This document shows, piece by piece, positions 15,105 through 27,660 of a stretch of DNA of 64,000 nucleotides. Both the position numbers and the translations under genes were made by a program. How positions within the stretch are numbered: position 1 is the stretch's first letter; each line of letters starts with the position of its first letter. Under the pieces are notes generated by a model. It was not told the origin of the DNA. It ran no database searches and saw only the letters and a list, made by a program, of their open reading frames with translations. The DNA is taken from positions 81,158,001 through 81,222,000 of the forward strand of contig OX597824.1 in the NCBI GenBank assembly GCA_951406725.2. Reading direction: 5' to 3'. This stretch comes from Octopus vulgaris. Its lineage: Eukaryota.

Positions 15105-15221
15105 ATATACTCTGATAAAACTATATTTTTTAAGAGAAATCACACAACGTTTTGTTAAGACTTGCATCGATTTCTCATCAAGCTGTGTGTGAATCTGGAC
15201 ATTTAGTTTAAGAAGCAGTTA

Positions 15222-15268
<47 letters not shown>

Positions 15269-16044
15269 GGAAGAGATGAAAAAGACAACATCTATTTAAA
15301 AATAAAATTCTAAAAAAAAAATTTTCTCCGTTTTTTAAGTGAGCAAGGCTTTATTTTTATTACTTTGTTGAATCAATAAGGCACTTAACTACGATTAAAA
15401 CTACGCAATAAATAAAAAAAAAAATATTCAAGAAGGAAAAAAACAAATAAAAACGGGGTAAAAAAAAAATCAGTCCCCACTTCATGTATATAAAATGAAA
15501 TCAAATACAACAATTAAAAAAGAGACCGTAAAAAGTGATCGCTGATTTTCCGTTTGATGTGGCAGATTAAAAGGTTAATTGTAGATTTAAACATGATTAT
15601 ATGTAATCTTGTTGGTGATCGTATTATCAACATTATTTATTACTATTACAAGTATTAGCATTCTCAACATTATTATCATTGTCAACATTATTATCAACGC
15701 CATTACATGTCGTTGGTTTTGCCGTTGTTGTTATGTCCTATCAAGTCTTCTGTTTGTCATTGTTCTGTTTTTTTTTTAGTATTTAAGCTGTGATATTCTG
15801 TTATTTATTTCCTATGGATTCTTAATTAATAACTGTTGATGGAAAAATAATATTGAATGTTTAATGGGGAAATAAAATTGATTGACTTGCACAGATGTTT
15901 CTCATAAATGATACATTTAAGTGGATCCGTGACAGTGAATTTATGAATGATGATGCCGTCTCCAAATGGGAACAATAGAATAAGGAAAGAGAATGGGTTA
16001 CATTATATAACACAAGTATTCTTTTATTCTTGCATTCTTTTATT

Positions 16045-16327
16045 CATTTAATTGTCTCAGTCGTTTGACTGCAGCCATACTGGAGCACCGCCTTAAAAGA
16101 GCATTAGTTGAAGGAATCGAACCTAGGATTTATTCTTTGTAAGCCTAGTACTTATTCTATCGGCCACTTGTGCCGAAGCGCTATGTTTTGGGAACATCGT
16201 TTGTCGAGAGACGGCGAGATTGACAAACACACACACACACACACACGCATACACATACGCACACACATACACACACATACTCCCCCCACCTAAACACTCA
16301 TATAAATTCACATACATGTATACAGTA

Positions 16328-16395
<68 letters not shown>

Positions 16396-16505
16396 TGTAT
16401 ATATTTTGATTAAGGTGTATTCTTCCATTTTCTTATTTTGTATTATGTATATATATATATATAGTATATCTATATATGTATATAAATATATGTATTTAGA
16501 GTGTG

Positions 16506-16564
<59 letters not shown>

Positions 16565-16742
16565 GTGTGTATGTATGTATATAAATATAACGTGTGTTTT
16601 TCTTCAGTTTCCGTCTAGCAAATCCACTGACAAGTCTTTAACCGACCTGAGGCTACAATAGAAGACATCTACTCAAGGTGCTACACAGTGGGACTGAACC
16701 CGGTGCTATGTGACTGGGAAGCTAGCTCTTTACCACACAGCT
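16045..16742 (-). mobile_element. SINE family D pieces separated by microsatellite-rich DNA
   Basis: 3' part ~16045-16200 and 5' part ~16590-16742. Confidence 0.65.
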
Positions 16743-16960
16743 ATTTTCATTTCTTTTTACAAGTCAAAACAGAAACCCTTCGTGTGGTCACACATTCTAC
16801 CTGCTAAAAGCAGTGGCCAAATTTTATACAACTTTTATTCTTACAATAGAAAATAAACGACTGTTGAGAGACATTTGATAATGTAGTTATATGTACACCG
16901 TGCTTGGAAGGAGAAAAGAGTAACAAATAAAATTCATAGCATTAATATCTTTGATTATAT

Positions 16961-17432
16961 AAAGGCGGCAAGCCGGCAGAAAAAAGGTGGCGAGTTGGCA
17001 GAAAAAGGCGGTGAGCCTACAGAAAAAGGCAGCGAGGTGGTAGAAAAAGGTGGCGAGCTGGCAGGGAAAGGAGGCGAGCCGACAAAAAGAAGCGGTGAGC
17101 TGGCAGAAACGTTAGCACGCCGGGCGAAAAACTTAGCGGTATTTCGTCTGCCGTTACGTTCTGAGTTCAAATTCCGCCGAGGTCGACTTTGCCTTTCATC
17201 CTTTCAGGGTCGATAAATTAAGTACCAGTTACGCACTGGGGTCGATGTAATTGACTTAATACCTATGTCTGTCCTTGTTTGTCCCCTCTGTGTTTAGCCC
17301 CTTGTGGGTAGTAAAGAAATAGGTATTTCGTCTGCCGTTACGTTCTGAGTTCAAATTCTGCCAAGGTCGACTTTGCCTTTCATCCTTTCGGGGTCGATTA
17401 AATAAGTACCAGTTACGCACTGGGGTCGATAT
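16961..17432 (+). mobile_element. Nin-domain-like SINE family E with 7x reiterated head and a tandem partial copy
   Basis: gagctggcagaa / gagttcaaattcc boxes; core gaggtcgactttgcctttcatcctttcggggtcgataaa resembles the Nin domain. Confidence 0.85.
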
Positions 17433-17519
17433 AACGACACTGCTGGAACAAGATGTGTATCGTGGGTATCTTGGTTCGGTTGAAGAAAACCTAAGTAATG
17501 AGTCAAAACGCCAAGCACG

Positions 17520-17820
17520 CCTCGAAGCTGGAGTTAGTCCATCAATTCACCTATCTCGAATCTTCCCTCGCTGATGACCTCTCCCTGGACCCTGAGATTA
17601 ACAGGCGAATCGGACAAGCATTCTGCATACTTGCCAGGCTCACAAAGAGAATCTGGGATAGCAAAAAGAATAAAAACTGCCTGTAAACACTAAAATTGCT
17701 TTCTATAAGATGTGCGTCCTTAGCACGCTACTACTTTATGGTAGTGAGACGTGGAGCCTCTACTTTATACAAGAGCGGCATCTCAAACGTCTTTCCCCTT
17801 CGTAATTTGGGACGAATCTT
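17520..17820 (+). mobile_element. RTE-clade LINE ORF fossil (post-RT region)
   Basis: LELVHQFTYLES...EINRRIGQA...LTKRIW...TKIAFYK.CVLSTL.YGSETW across frameshifts. Confidence 0.75.
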
Positions 17821-18101
17821 ACACAATATTTGACAAAATATACGAAGATAGGAATACTTATAGTATTAATTATTTTGTGCAAACAAACGTTTGAACTTTT
17901 ATCTTTGTTTTTTTTTTTCTTTTTATTTGCCCGTAGTGTTCGTTGGTGATGTACGGGTTTCATTTTTTTTCTCTTCGGTTCCTTTTCTGTGTACCGAGAT
18001 GTTCAGAATTCACACAATGTATAAATGAAGTTATGCTTGATTAAAAGAACACGGTGTCGAACAATCTAGAATTGCCATTTTGTCTTCGAATCTTTTAGAA
18101 T

Positions 18102-18381
18102 TGGATGGAAGCACTCCGTCGGTTACGACGATGAGGGTTCCGGTTGATCCGAATCAACGGAACAGCCTGCTCGTGAAATTAACGTCTAAGTGGCTGAGCA
18201 CTCCACAGACACGTGCACCCTTAACGTAGTTCTCGGGGATATTCAGCGTGACACAGAGAGTGACAAGGCCGGCACCTTGAAATACAGGTACAACAGAAAC
18301 AGGAAGTAAGAGTGAGAGTGAGAGAAAGTTGTGGTGAAAGAGTACAGCAGGGATCACCACCATCCTCTGCCGGAGCCTCAT
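18102..18381 (-). mobile_element. SINE family A, 5'-truncated
   Basis: Matches the 3' two-thirds of family A. Confidence 0.88.
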
Positions 18382-18489
18382 GGAACTTCCCCAAATGATG
18401 ATGTAGCAGTTGATTTATTGGTTTCTCTTGTCAGGACCGATCCCAAAGACTTGCGATCTAATACGTCCAAAGAGTTATTATATTAATTA

Positions 18490-18909
18490 AGGCGGCGAGC
18501 TGGCAGAAACGTTAGCACGCTGGACGAAATGCTTAGCAGTATTTCGTCTATCGTTACGTTCTGAGTTCAAATTTCGCCGAGGTCGACTTGGTCTTTCATC
18601 CTTTCGGGGTCGCTAAATTAAGTACCAGTAAAGCTCTGGGGTCGATATAATCGACTTAATCCGTCTCTTTGTCCTTGTTTGTCTCCTCTGTGTTTAGCCC
18701 CTCGTGGGTAGTAAAGAAATAGGTATTTCGTCTGCCGCTACATTCTGAGTTCATATTCCGTTGAGGCCGACTTTGCCTTTCAACCATTTGGGGTCGATTA
18801 AATAAGTACCAGTTACGCACCACTGGGGTCGATATAATCGACTTATTCCGTTTGTCTGTCCTTGTTTGTCCCCTCTATGTGTAGCCCCTTGTGGGCAGTA
18901 AAGAAATAA
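18490..18909 (+). mobile_element. SINE family E, head-to-tail partial dimer
   Basis: Second unit restarts at ggtatttcgtctgccg (18722). Confidence 0.85.
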
Positions 18910-19184
18910 GTTATTATTTTAATTCCTAGTCTATGTTTTCTCTAGCAGACATTTATTCAAAACCTTCCAATGGTAACCATCAAGGCTTTACTGGGGTGGG
19001 GAAAACCTTATGGCATAACTCATGGTTTGATGAAACAGAGAGTATTCCAAGAGTGGGTGACAAGGCCAAAACATTTACAAAACGTTGGAATGATGTCAGA
19101 ACATCGTACTTATATACCTGTAGCCTTAAACTTTCTTAACTCCCTCTTTTGTTCAGCTCATCTGTTCCTCGTGAGAATGGAGAT

Positions 19185-19324
19185 AGAAAATCGTTCGTAA
19201 ACTTTTGTTTTTCTTATGGCAGCGTTCTTGTAAGCTGTTTGAAGCATGGCAACTGTTTTGGCTGCCGTTTTCTCCAACAGAAAACAGAACTTCACGGAAG
19301 TAGTGGTTCCTTCGATTCAGCCAT
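19185..19324 (-). pseudogene. mariner transposase N-terminal (HTH) fragment
   Basis: Manual translation MAESKE../VKFCFLLEKTAAKTVAMLQTAYKNAAIRKTKVYERFS. Confidence 0.65.
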
Positions 19325-20124
19325 CGCAAAAATCGCCGAACAGGAGAGAAGCACTGCAAAGCAAAGACACACCACGTTTCAGTACGACTTAACACGACAC
19401 CGCTGGTCAGCAAGCTAATGCCTGACGGTCGCGTCAACTGGCTTCTAACTGCGGAAGCCTGAACTACAATGGGCTTGTTCCACAGAGAAGGTTTCCGGTT
19501 ACTTGTCGGTACCTCCGCGTACACTAGCGAACTGACTGGCTCTGACCATCAATGGTCTCGTTATCGAGGGAAAGAAGACCACAAGACCGATTTCGTTTAA
19601 TCTATCCGGAAACGTTTTTAATAGTCTTGAACCAGACCACCAATTTGATGTCCCAGTTGGCTCCTAAGATAATGATGGTACATGCAATCTCCTATGCTTA
19701 TATTATCAAGCTAAAAATCAAATTTTTACACATCAAACACTGCTTTATACAGATTTGATGGTTCAAGCTTAAGGGATGGCCGCGAATAGTCATATCCAAG
19801 ATATCAGGAAGAACTTCATCCTCATGCTTACGACGATGATGATGATGACGATGATGAGGAGGATGAGGATGATTACGATGATGATGATTATTGATATGGC
19901 GCTGGTGGTAATGTTGCGTATGATGATGCTGGTGGTGATGATGATAGGGAGGAGAAAGGCGATAATGAAGATGGCTACGACGATGTCGAGGATTACGACG
20001 ATAACGTCGTTGACATCACCGCCGACGACGGCGATGATGATAATACCGACGACGACGATGATGATGATAGTGATAGGACGAATCTTTTTCTTATTCTTCT
20101 TATCATCATCGTCATCATCATCAT

Positions 20125-20166
<42 letters not shown>

Positions 20167-20299
20167 AGTACTACTACTACTACTACTACTACTACTGCTA
20201 CTACTACTACTACTACTACTACTACCACTACTACTACTACTAGTACTAGTACTACTACTACTACTACTACACTACTACTACTACTACTACTACTACTAC

Positions 20300-20351
<52 letters not shown>

Positions 20352-21543
20352 GTCGTCATCGTCATCATCGTCCTCATCATTATTTTGAAGCCGTATATTT
20401 AGTTTCGGATACAAAAATCTCATTCTAATTATCCTATCATTATGTCTTCTGTTGGATGTCGATAAGCTAAGCTAAGCTCTTCAGAAACGTACCAGGATAT
20501 TATTTAGTATGAATCCTGAATATGACATTAAAAACCATCGTTATTCTTGTCGACATTAAACATTCTATGAACGTCAGTTTAATGCCTACTTTAACCAGAC
20601 ACCGTCCAACTCTTTCATTACTGAAATATAAAGAAGTCTTGCTTAATACTTAACGATAATTTGAAGCGTTTAATACTAAGATTAGAGTTTACTCACGACT
20701 AATCAAACAAACAGAGAATGATAATGATAATTATAATGATAATACATTATTGAAAAACATTGGACAAAAGAGAAACAAGACCTATGTTTAAAGCATGTGT
20801 CACAAACACTTGTGGAAATATGAGAGTGGCATTGTAATGAAAACTCGAATTTCTGTCAAGCTGGAATACGATTTACACATTAAAGGAGAGATAAAGATGT
20901 GAACGATATATCTGTAACAGCTTGTGATAGTTTCAAAAAGAAGAAAAAAGGAAAGGAAGACAAAAATGGGAGGTGGGGAAATATAGAAAAGAAGGAAGAA
21001 AGAAAATTATATAGGGCTTATTTAAAATAATTATTTTTAACTCCTTTCCCCCCTTATCCGCTCTCATCCAAACCCATCCGCCCGCCTGTCTCTAATCGCT
21101 CTCTTTCGTTCGTTCGTTCGTTCGTTCGTTCGTTCGTTCTCTCTCTTTTTTTTTTCTGTCTCCCAGGAAATGTTAGTTAATGCTAATATGGATTAAATAT
21201 CAAGAGGGAATAAAAGACAACATTTCAGAAAACAAAGGGATAAAACTAGAAAGCTATGTTTGCCTAATCAATGGAATGCTTTTTACGACGGCAGCACAGA
21301 ACGTTCCTGTTTAAATGTTCAGTTTTAATATTTTTTCTTTCTTTCTTTTTTTTTTTCTTTTTTTTTTTTTTTGTTGGTTTTTTATGCTTTTTCAGACATG
21401 ATTGCTCCAGTATTAAGAATTGATTGATGACACGACACAAGAGATATCCGATTACGTGTCATTGAAGGGAATTTGCACGAGGCCACATAACCTACTAGAG
21501 ATAACAACCAATTCTCTCTCAAAATAAATCCAGCGCGTATATG

Positions 21544-21630
<87 letters not shown>

Positions 21631-21668
21631 TAAAAGCGAAAATGACTGTTTATGAATCCAGCGTATGA

Positions 21669-21779
<111 letters not shown>

Positions 21780-21911
21780 ATATATATGTATATATATATA
21801 TATATAAGTAAGGAAAATTTTTTTTTTTTTTTTTTTTTTTAAATGCAGAATGCTCAAATGAAAGAAAATTTTAATAAAATGAGAAAATGATAAAATATAT
21901 AAATATATATT

Positions 21912-21952
21912 TATTCAACCGGTTTTCGTCATTGTATGACTTGTCAAGAATA
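21912..21952 (-). ncRNA. Same HHR-like motif in the inverted PLE arm
   Basis: Exact reverse complement of 26412-26452. Confidence 0.7.
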
Positions 21953-22583
21953 TTTATGTTTTAAGAAGTTATTTTAAAAATTAGAAAGGGGAAAAAAAGA
22001 AAATTGCATTGTTTTTTGTAAAAGAATAATGATAAAAATGTACAAAAATTAAAAAATAAGTTCTCCGATACATTGTGAGTTCGTTGTGTATCTTGAGTTT
22101 TATGGTTGTTTACTAAAAAATTACCTTGAGGTGTTAAGATTCAAAGGGATTAAGAGCATGTGATGTGTTGTGTTGTTAAATTCAGCATGTTGCAGGACAG
22201 GAAGTAGTAGTAATTGTGGTCCTGGTTCTTCAGTTCCTGTGTTGTGGGTAAGGGAGACAACTCTTTTGAGTTCTTCAATAAAACCCAAATTATAAAACTA
22301 TCATTTTAGCTTCATTTGCATTATCTTTTTTATATAATTGCTTGTTAACTTAACTTTCAGATTTTAACACTTTATTTATATTATTTTCTAATAATATAAA
22401 TCTGCATAGACAATTGCATTTCAAATTGTCATATCATTTATAATAAAAATGATAGTAATAACAACAATAGTAAAAATGATATTTAAAGAATATAAGTTTT
22501 AGCTTGAAGTGATGAATGCATGGTATCTTTATATATTTGTGTTAGTCCATCCATGAAGAGTGAGGTAGAGAAAGGAAGTTTGA

Positions 22584-23955
22584 TCAACGAGGAGTTTGCA
22601 TATTAAGTTGTGTTTGGAATTTTTCAATAAAGAGATTCTCCTTGTTAATTCTCTCCTGTGTGGTGATCCCGTCTTTACATTGGTAGAAGGGGAATATATA
22701 GAATTTGGGGTTTAAGTCTTTAGCACATGAGTCTAAGTGGTCACTCAGTGGAATTTGTCGGTATTCCGGGAGATGTATTTGTTCTTTATGCACCGTTACT
22801 CGTTTACGTAACGGGAGACTCGTTTGTCCAACATAATTATGTTGGTAACCAGCGCATGTGAGAACGTAGATAAGGTTCTCGGAGGAACAGGAGAAGTTAG
22901 TCTTGATTTTAAACTTCGTACCTTGTTTGAAGGTAAATTCAGAGCCTTCAAGTAGAAAGGCAGGTACCACAGTTTGAGCGTGCACATTTTTTTACTGTTG
23001 GGGGTGGATGTGGTGTGTGAAGTTTGGCATTTGTCAAGAGTTTTTTTAAAGATTTGTGTTGCCTTTTGCATTTGAGGATTTTGTGTGTATTTATAATGTT
23101 TTTCATTTTTGGGTCTGTTGACAGTAGACTGAGGTTTTGTATGATTGTGGTGTATGCTTCGATATTTTTGGGGTTGTGGGTGGAAATGTATGGAAGTATT
23201 TTGAGGTTGTGTGTGGTGTTAGGTTGGGTGGTTTTCAGTGTAGTGTTGTCTAGTTCTTTGGCGCGTTTTATTCCATACTCTATAAGGGTGGAGGGATATT
23301 GACGTTGTAATAGTGTTTTTTTGAGGTCTTGAAGGCGTATTTCTCGTGTTTTTGGATCCGAGACAATGGTGCATACCCTTTTAGCTAAATTGAAAGGGAT
23401 ATTTGTCTTGGTGTGTTTTGGGTGGCATGAACTAAAGAGGAGGTATTGTTGTGAGTCTGTAGGTTTGTGGTAGATGTCTGTTATGATTTGGTTCTTAGGT
23501 GTTTTTATAATTAGGAGATCAAGGAATGGGAGATGATGTTTGCTTAATTCCATAGTGAATTGGATGTTGGGATGTATGTTGTTTAGTATGGTTTTGAATT
23601 CCAGGAGTTTTTCATAAGGTTCTTTCCATATGATGAAACAATCATTTAAATACCTTTTCCAGTTTTCCATTAGGTAGGTGTGGAAAACATGTCCAAATTT
23701 CTGGCTTGATATTTCATAGAGTGACAGTTCGAAGTAACCCATTATGAGGTTCGCAAGGACTGGTGCAGCCTTGGTACCCATCGCAATGCCACATTTTTGA
23801 CGGTAGTGTGTGTCGTCGAAGAGAAAAAAATTGTTTGTCAGAATGAACTTAAGAGATTCTGTAATAAAAGACTTGTTAATGCGGTCAGGGAATGTCTCTG
23901 GGTGTTTTTCTAGCCAGAAGTCAATTGCCTCTATACCATACTCATGGGGAATGTT
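22584..23955 (-). pseudogene. Inverted, shorter copy of the PLE RT + GIY-YIG ORF
   Basis: ORFs 22948..23976 and 22584..22985 match the + copy almost residue for residue; frameshift from a 2-nt loss in a C-run near 22960. Confidence 0.93.
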
Positions 23956-23957
23956 AA

Positions 23958-25779
23958 GCATGCTTAACAATAACATTTTCTATGAGGTTATTAACAACTA
24001 CAAACAGCAAAAAACAATCAGAAACCTCACCACACTCATACGCCAACACGGTTAGGGACTCACAGAAAAAGAAAGGGATTATATCACCATTTTCAAATGC
24101 AAGCCCAGCCTTTTTTATGGCCTTCCTAAAATCCATAAAAACAAATACATCACCGAAGCCTGCAAACTCTCCACTGACATCCACATCAACATCAAAGCAC
24201 CGGAGGACCTAAAACTAAGGCCCATCGTGGCTGGTACCTCCTGTGAAACACACCGCCTGAGTAACTTCCTAGACATCCTTTTGAAACCTTTCCTTACCCA
24301 CATCAAAAGTTTCATTAGGGATGATCTGGACATGCTCAAACACCTCCCGAAAACAGTTAACGAGGAGGCACTCCTGGTATCCTTTGATGTCATCAACCTC
24401 TACACCAACATTCCACATGAGTATGGTATAGAGGCAATTGACTTCTGGCTAGAAAAACACCCAGAGACATTCCCTGACCGCATTAACAAGTCTTTTATTA
24501 CAGAATCTCTTAAGTTCATTCTGACAAACAATTTTTTCTCTTCGACGACACACACTACCGTCAAAAATGTGGCATTGCGATGGGTACCAAGGCTGCACCA
24601 GTCCTTGCGAACCTCATAATGGGTTACTTCGAACTGTCACTCTATGAAATATCAAGCCAGAAATTTGGACATGTTTTCCACACCTACCTAATGGAAAACT
24701 GGAAAAGGTATTTAAATGATTGTTTCATCATATGGAAAGAACCTTATGAAAAACTCCTGGAATTCAAAACCATACTAAACAACATACATCCCAACATCCA
24801 ATTCACTATGGAATTAAGCAAACATCATCTCCCATTCCTTGATCTCCTAATTATAAAAACACCTAAGAACCAAATCATAACAGACATCTACCACAAACCT
24901 ACAGACTCACAACAATACCTCCTCTTTAGTTCATGCCACCCAAAACACACCAAGACAAATATCCCTTTCAATTTAGCTAAAAGGGTATGCACCATTGTCT
25001 CGGATCCAAAAACACGAGAAATACGCCTTCAAGACCTCAAAAAAACACTATTACAACGTCAATATCCCTCCACCCTTATAGAGTATGGAATAAAACGCGC
25101 CAAAGAACTAGACAACACTACACTGAAAACCACCCAACCTAACACCACACACAACCTCAAAATACTTCCATACATTTCCACCCACAACCCCAAAAATATC
25201 GAAGCATACACCACAATCATACAAAACCTCAGTCTACTGTCAACAGACCCAAAAATGAAAAACATTATAAATACACACAAAATCCTCAAATGCAAAAGGC
25301 AACACAAATCTTTAAAAAAACTCTTGACAAATGCCAAACTTCACACACCACATCCACCCCCAACAGTAAAAAAATGTGCACGCTCAAACTGTGGTACCTG
25401 CCCCTTTCTACTTGAAGGCTCTGAATTTACCTTCAAACAAGGTACGAAGTTTAAAATCAAGACTAACTTCTCCTGTTCCTCCGAGAACCTTATCTACGTT
25501 CTCACATGCGCTGGTTACCAACATAATTATGTTGGACAAACGAGTCTCCCGTTACGTAAACGAGTAACGGTGCATAAAGAACAAATAAATCTCCCGGAAT
25601 ACCGACAAATTCCACTGAGTGACCACTTAGACTCATGTGCTAAAGACTTAAACCCCAAATTCTATATATTCCCCTTCTACCAATGTAAAGACGGGATCAC
25701 CACACAGGAGAGAATTAACAAGGAGAATCTCTTTATTGAAAAATTCCAAACACAACTTAATATGCAAACTCCTCGTTGA
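23958..25779 (+). pseudogene. PLE reverse transcriptase + GIY-YIG endonuclease, 5'-truncated and disrupted
   Basis: Motifs FYGLPKIHK, LRPIVAG, LVSFDVINLYTNIP, GIAMGTKAAP, WKRYLND, LPFLDL, TDIYHKPT, linker CxxxxCxxC, NLIYVLTC...YVGQT...R...H; in-frame TAG at 24053-24055; 1-nt loss in the T-run near 24532. Confidence 0.93.
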
Positions 25780-26411
25780 TCAAACTTCCTTTCTCTACCT
25801 CACTCTTCATGGATGGACTAACACAAATATATAAAGATACCATGCATTCATCACTTCAAGCTAAAACTTATATTCTTTAAATATCATTTTTACTATTGTT
25901 GTTATTACTATCATTTTTATTATAAATGATATGGCAATTTGAAATGCAATTGTCTATGCAGATTTATATTATTAGAAAATAATATAAATAAAGTGTTAAA
26001 ATCTGAAAGTTAAGTTAACAAGCAATTATATAAAAAAGATAATGCAAATGAAGCTAAAATGATAGTTTTATAATTTGGGTTTTATTGAAGAACTCAAAAG
26101 AGTTGTCTCCCCTTACCCACAACACAGGAACTGAAGAACCAGGACCACAATTACTACTACTTCCTGTCCTGCAACATGCTGAATTTAACAACACAACACA
26201 TCACATGCTCTTAATCCCTTTGAATCTTAACACCTCAAGGTAATTTTTTAGTAAACAACCATAAAACTCAAGATACACAACGAACTCACAATGTATCGGA
26301 GAACTTATTTTTTAATTTTTGTACATTTTTATCATTATTCTTTTACAAAAAACAATGCAATTTTCTTTTTTTCCCCTTTCTAATTTTTAAAATAACTTCT
26401 TAAAACATAAA

Positions 26412-26452
26412 TATTCTTGACAAGTCATACAATGACGAAAACCGGTTGAATA
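26412..26452 (+). ncRNA. Minimal hammerhead ribozyme-like motif (U3-A8 variant) in the PLE 3' region
   Basis: tattc-TTGACAA-gtcat(aca)atgac-GAAA-accggt-T-gaata: stems I and II pair and stem III is a palindrome. Confidence 0.7.
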
Positions 26453-26592
26453 AATATATATTTATATATTTTATCATTTTCTCATTTTATTAAAATTTTC
26501 TTTCATTTGAGCATTCTGCATTTAAAAAAAAAAAAATTTTCCTTACTTATCATTTCTCCACGTGCGGTCAACACAACCCCACCATTTATTGA

Positions 26593-26663
<71 letters not shown>

Positions 26664-26701
26664 GTATGTATTTATGTATGTATATGTGTGTATATATATA
26701 C

Positions 26702-26835
26702 AGTGAGAATTTACAAACAAAACAGAAGACGAAGACGTGTGTGTAAACAAGAAGCAGTCGTATTAGGTTAACGCTCGGGAAGTCTTTTACGTTTCGAGCC
26801 TACGCTCTTCGACAGAAAGGAACACAGAAATATAC

Positions 26836-26840
<5 letters not shown>
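26702..26840 (-). mobile_element. Short HHR-like-bearing repeat (probably PLE-derived) within (TA)n
   Basis: Minus strand reads cttt-CTGTCGA-a-gagc(gtag)gctc-GAA-acgt-A-aaag at 26784-26819. Confidence 0.6.
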
Positions 26841-26904
<64 letters not shown>

Positions 26905-27313
26905 AACATCACACGAACTAATGAAGATGTAGATGCCCGGCTATGCGACATGTTGCAAATAACAGCCTAAACACCCTTAAATATATCTCTACCATATAGT
27001 CTAAATTTTTGAAAAGAAAATATAAGAAACGGATGAAGCTCTACATTGTCACACAATCTGCTAGAAAAGGCAACCAAGTTTACCCCAAATCATACACTAT
27101 TGTGTTAAATTAGGAAAGGTTATACTGGATTATATAGTCATAAGAATCTATATCTACACACATATATATATCTAAACAAATGACAACAAGATGATCCAAC
27201 CAGATTTGAACCTAGTTCTGCCCTTTCAAGGCTTACCTAAAGCAAAGCAACCACATAAACAACAATAAATTTTTAAACCTCTTTCATCTTGCGTTAAATA
27301 TAAAACATTTTTA

Positions 27314-27660
27314 CATATTTTGTTGTGTCTGGGGAGAGTCATTCTCTTTTGGTGCCTTATAATTTAACACTCACCAGTAAAATTTCCACTTATTTCTTTT
27401 TTATTTTTCTAAAATTTTTGTTTCGTCTTGCAACCTTTTCAACAGTTTTCAATAGTCAAAACTATTGAAAAGGTTGCAAGACGTAATGAAAATTTTAGAA
27501 AAATAAAATAAAAAAGAAATAAGTGGAAGTTTTACCGGTGAGTGTGTTAAATTATAAGGCACAAAAAGAGAATGACTCTCCTCGGACACAACAAAATATG
27601 CTTCAACTCACGAACTCACATTAAGAATCTTGCAAACCAAATCCCAAAACGAAAATTCTA
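27314..27660. mobile_element. Fold-back element (~130-bp arms plus right-hand tail) with an HHR-like motif near its centre
   Basis: Imperfect inverted repeat from 27314 to 27600; cta-TTGAAAA-g-gttgc(aagac)gtaat-GAA-aatt-T-tag at 27462-27498. Confidence 0.7.

Larger units (their letters stand above)
21804..26594. mobile_element. Penelope-like element (Neptune-like) insertion: two 5'-truncated copies in inverted, tails-out arrangement within (TA)n
   Basis: 21804-23955 is the reverse complement of 24407-26550 with only a handful of differences; both arms encode PLE RT and GIY-YIG; (TA)n lies on both flanks; the right copy has an extra 44-nt tail (26551-26594). Confidence 0.95.

Noticed and set aside
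16961-17108. Regularly spaced ~21-nt repeats resembling a CRISPR array
   Set aside because: No unique spacers and no cas genes; the units derive from a SINE head in a eukaryotic context
23024-23302. 92-aa ORF duplicated at 25059-25337
   Set aside because: Antisense shadow of the PLE ORF
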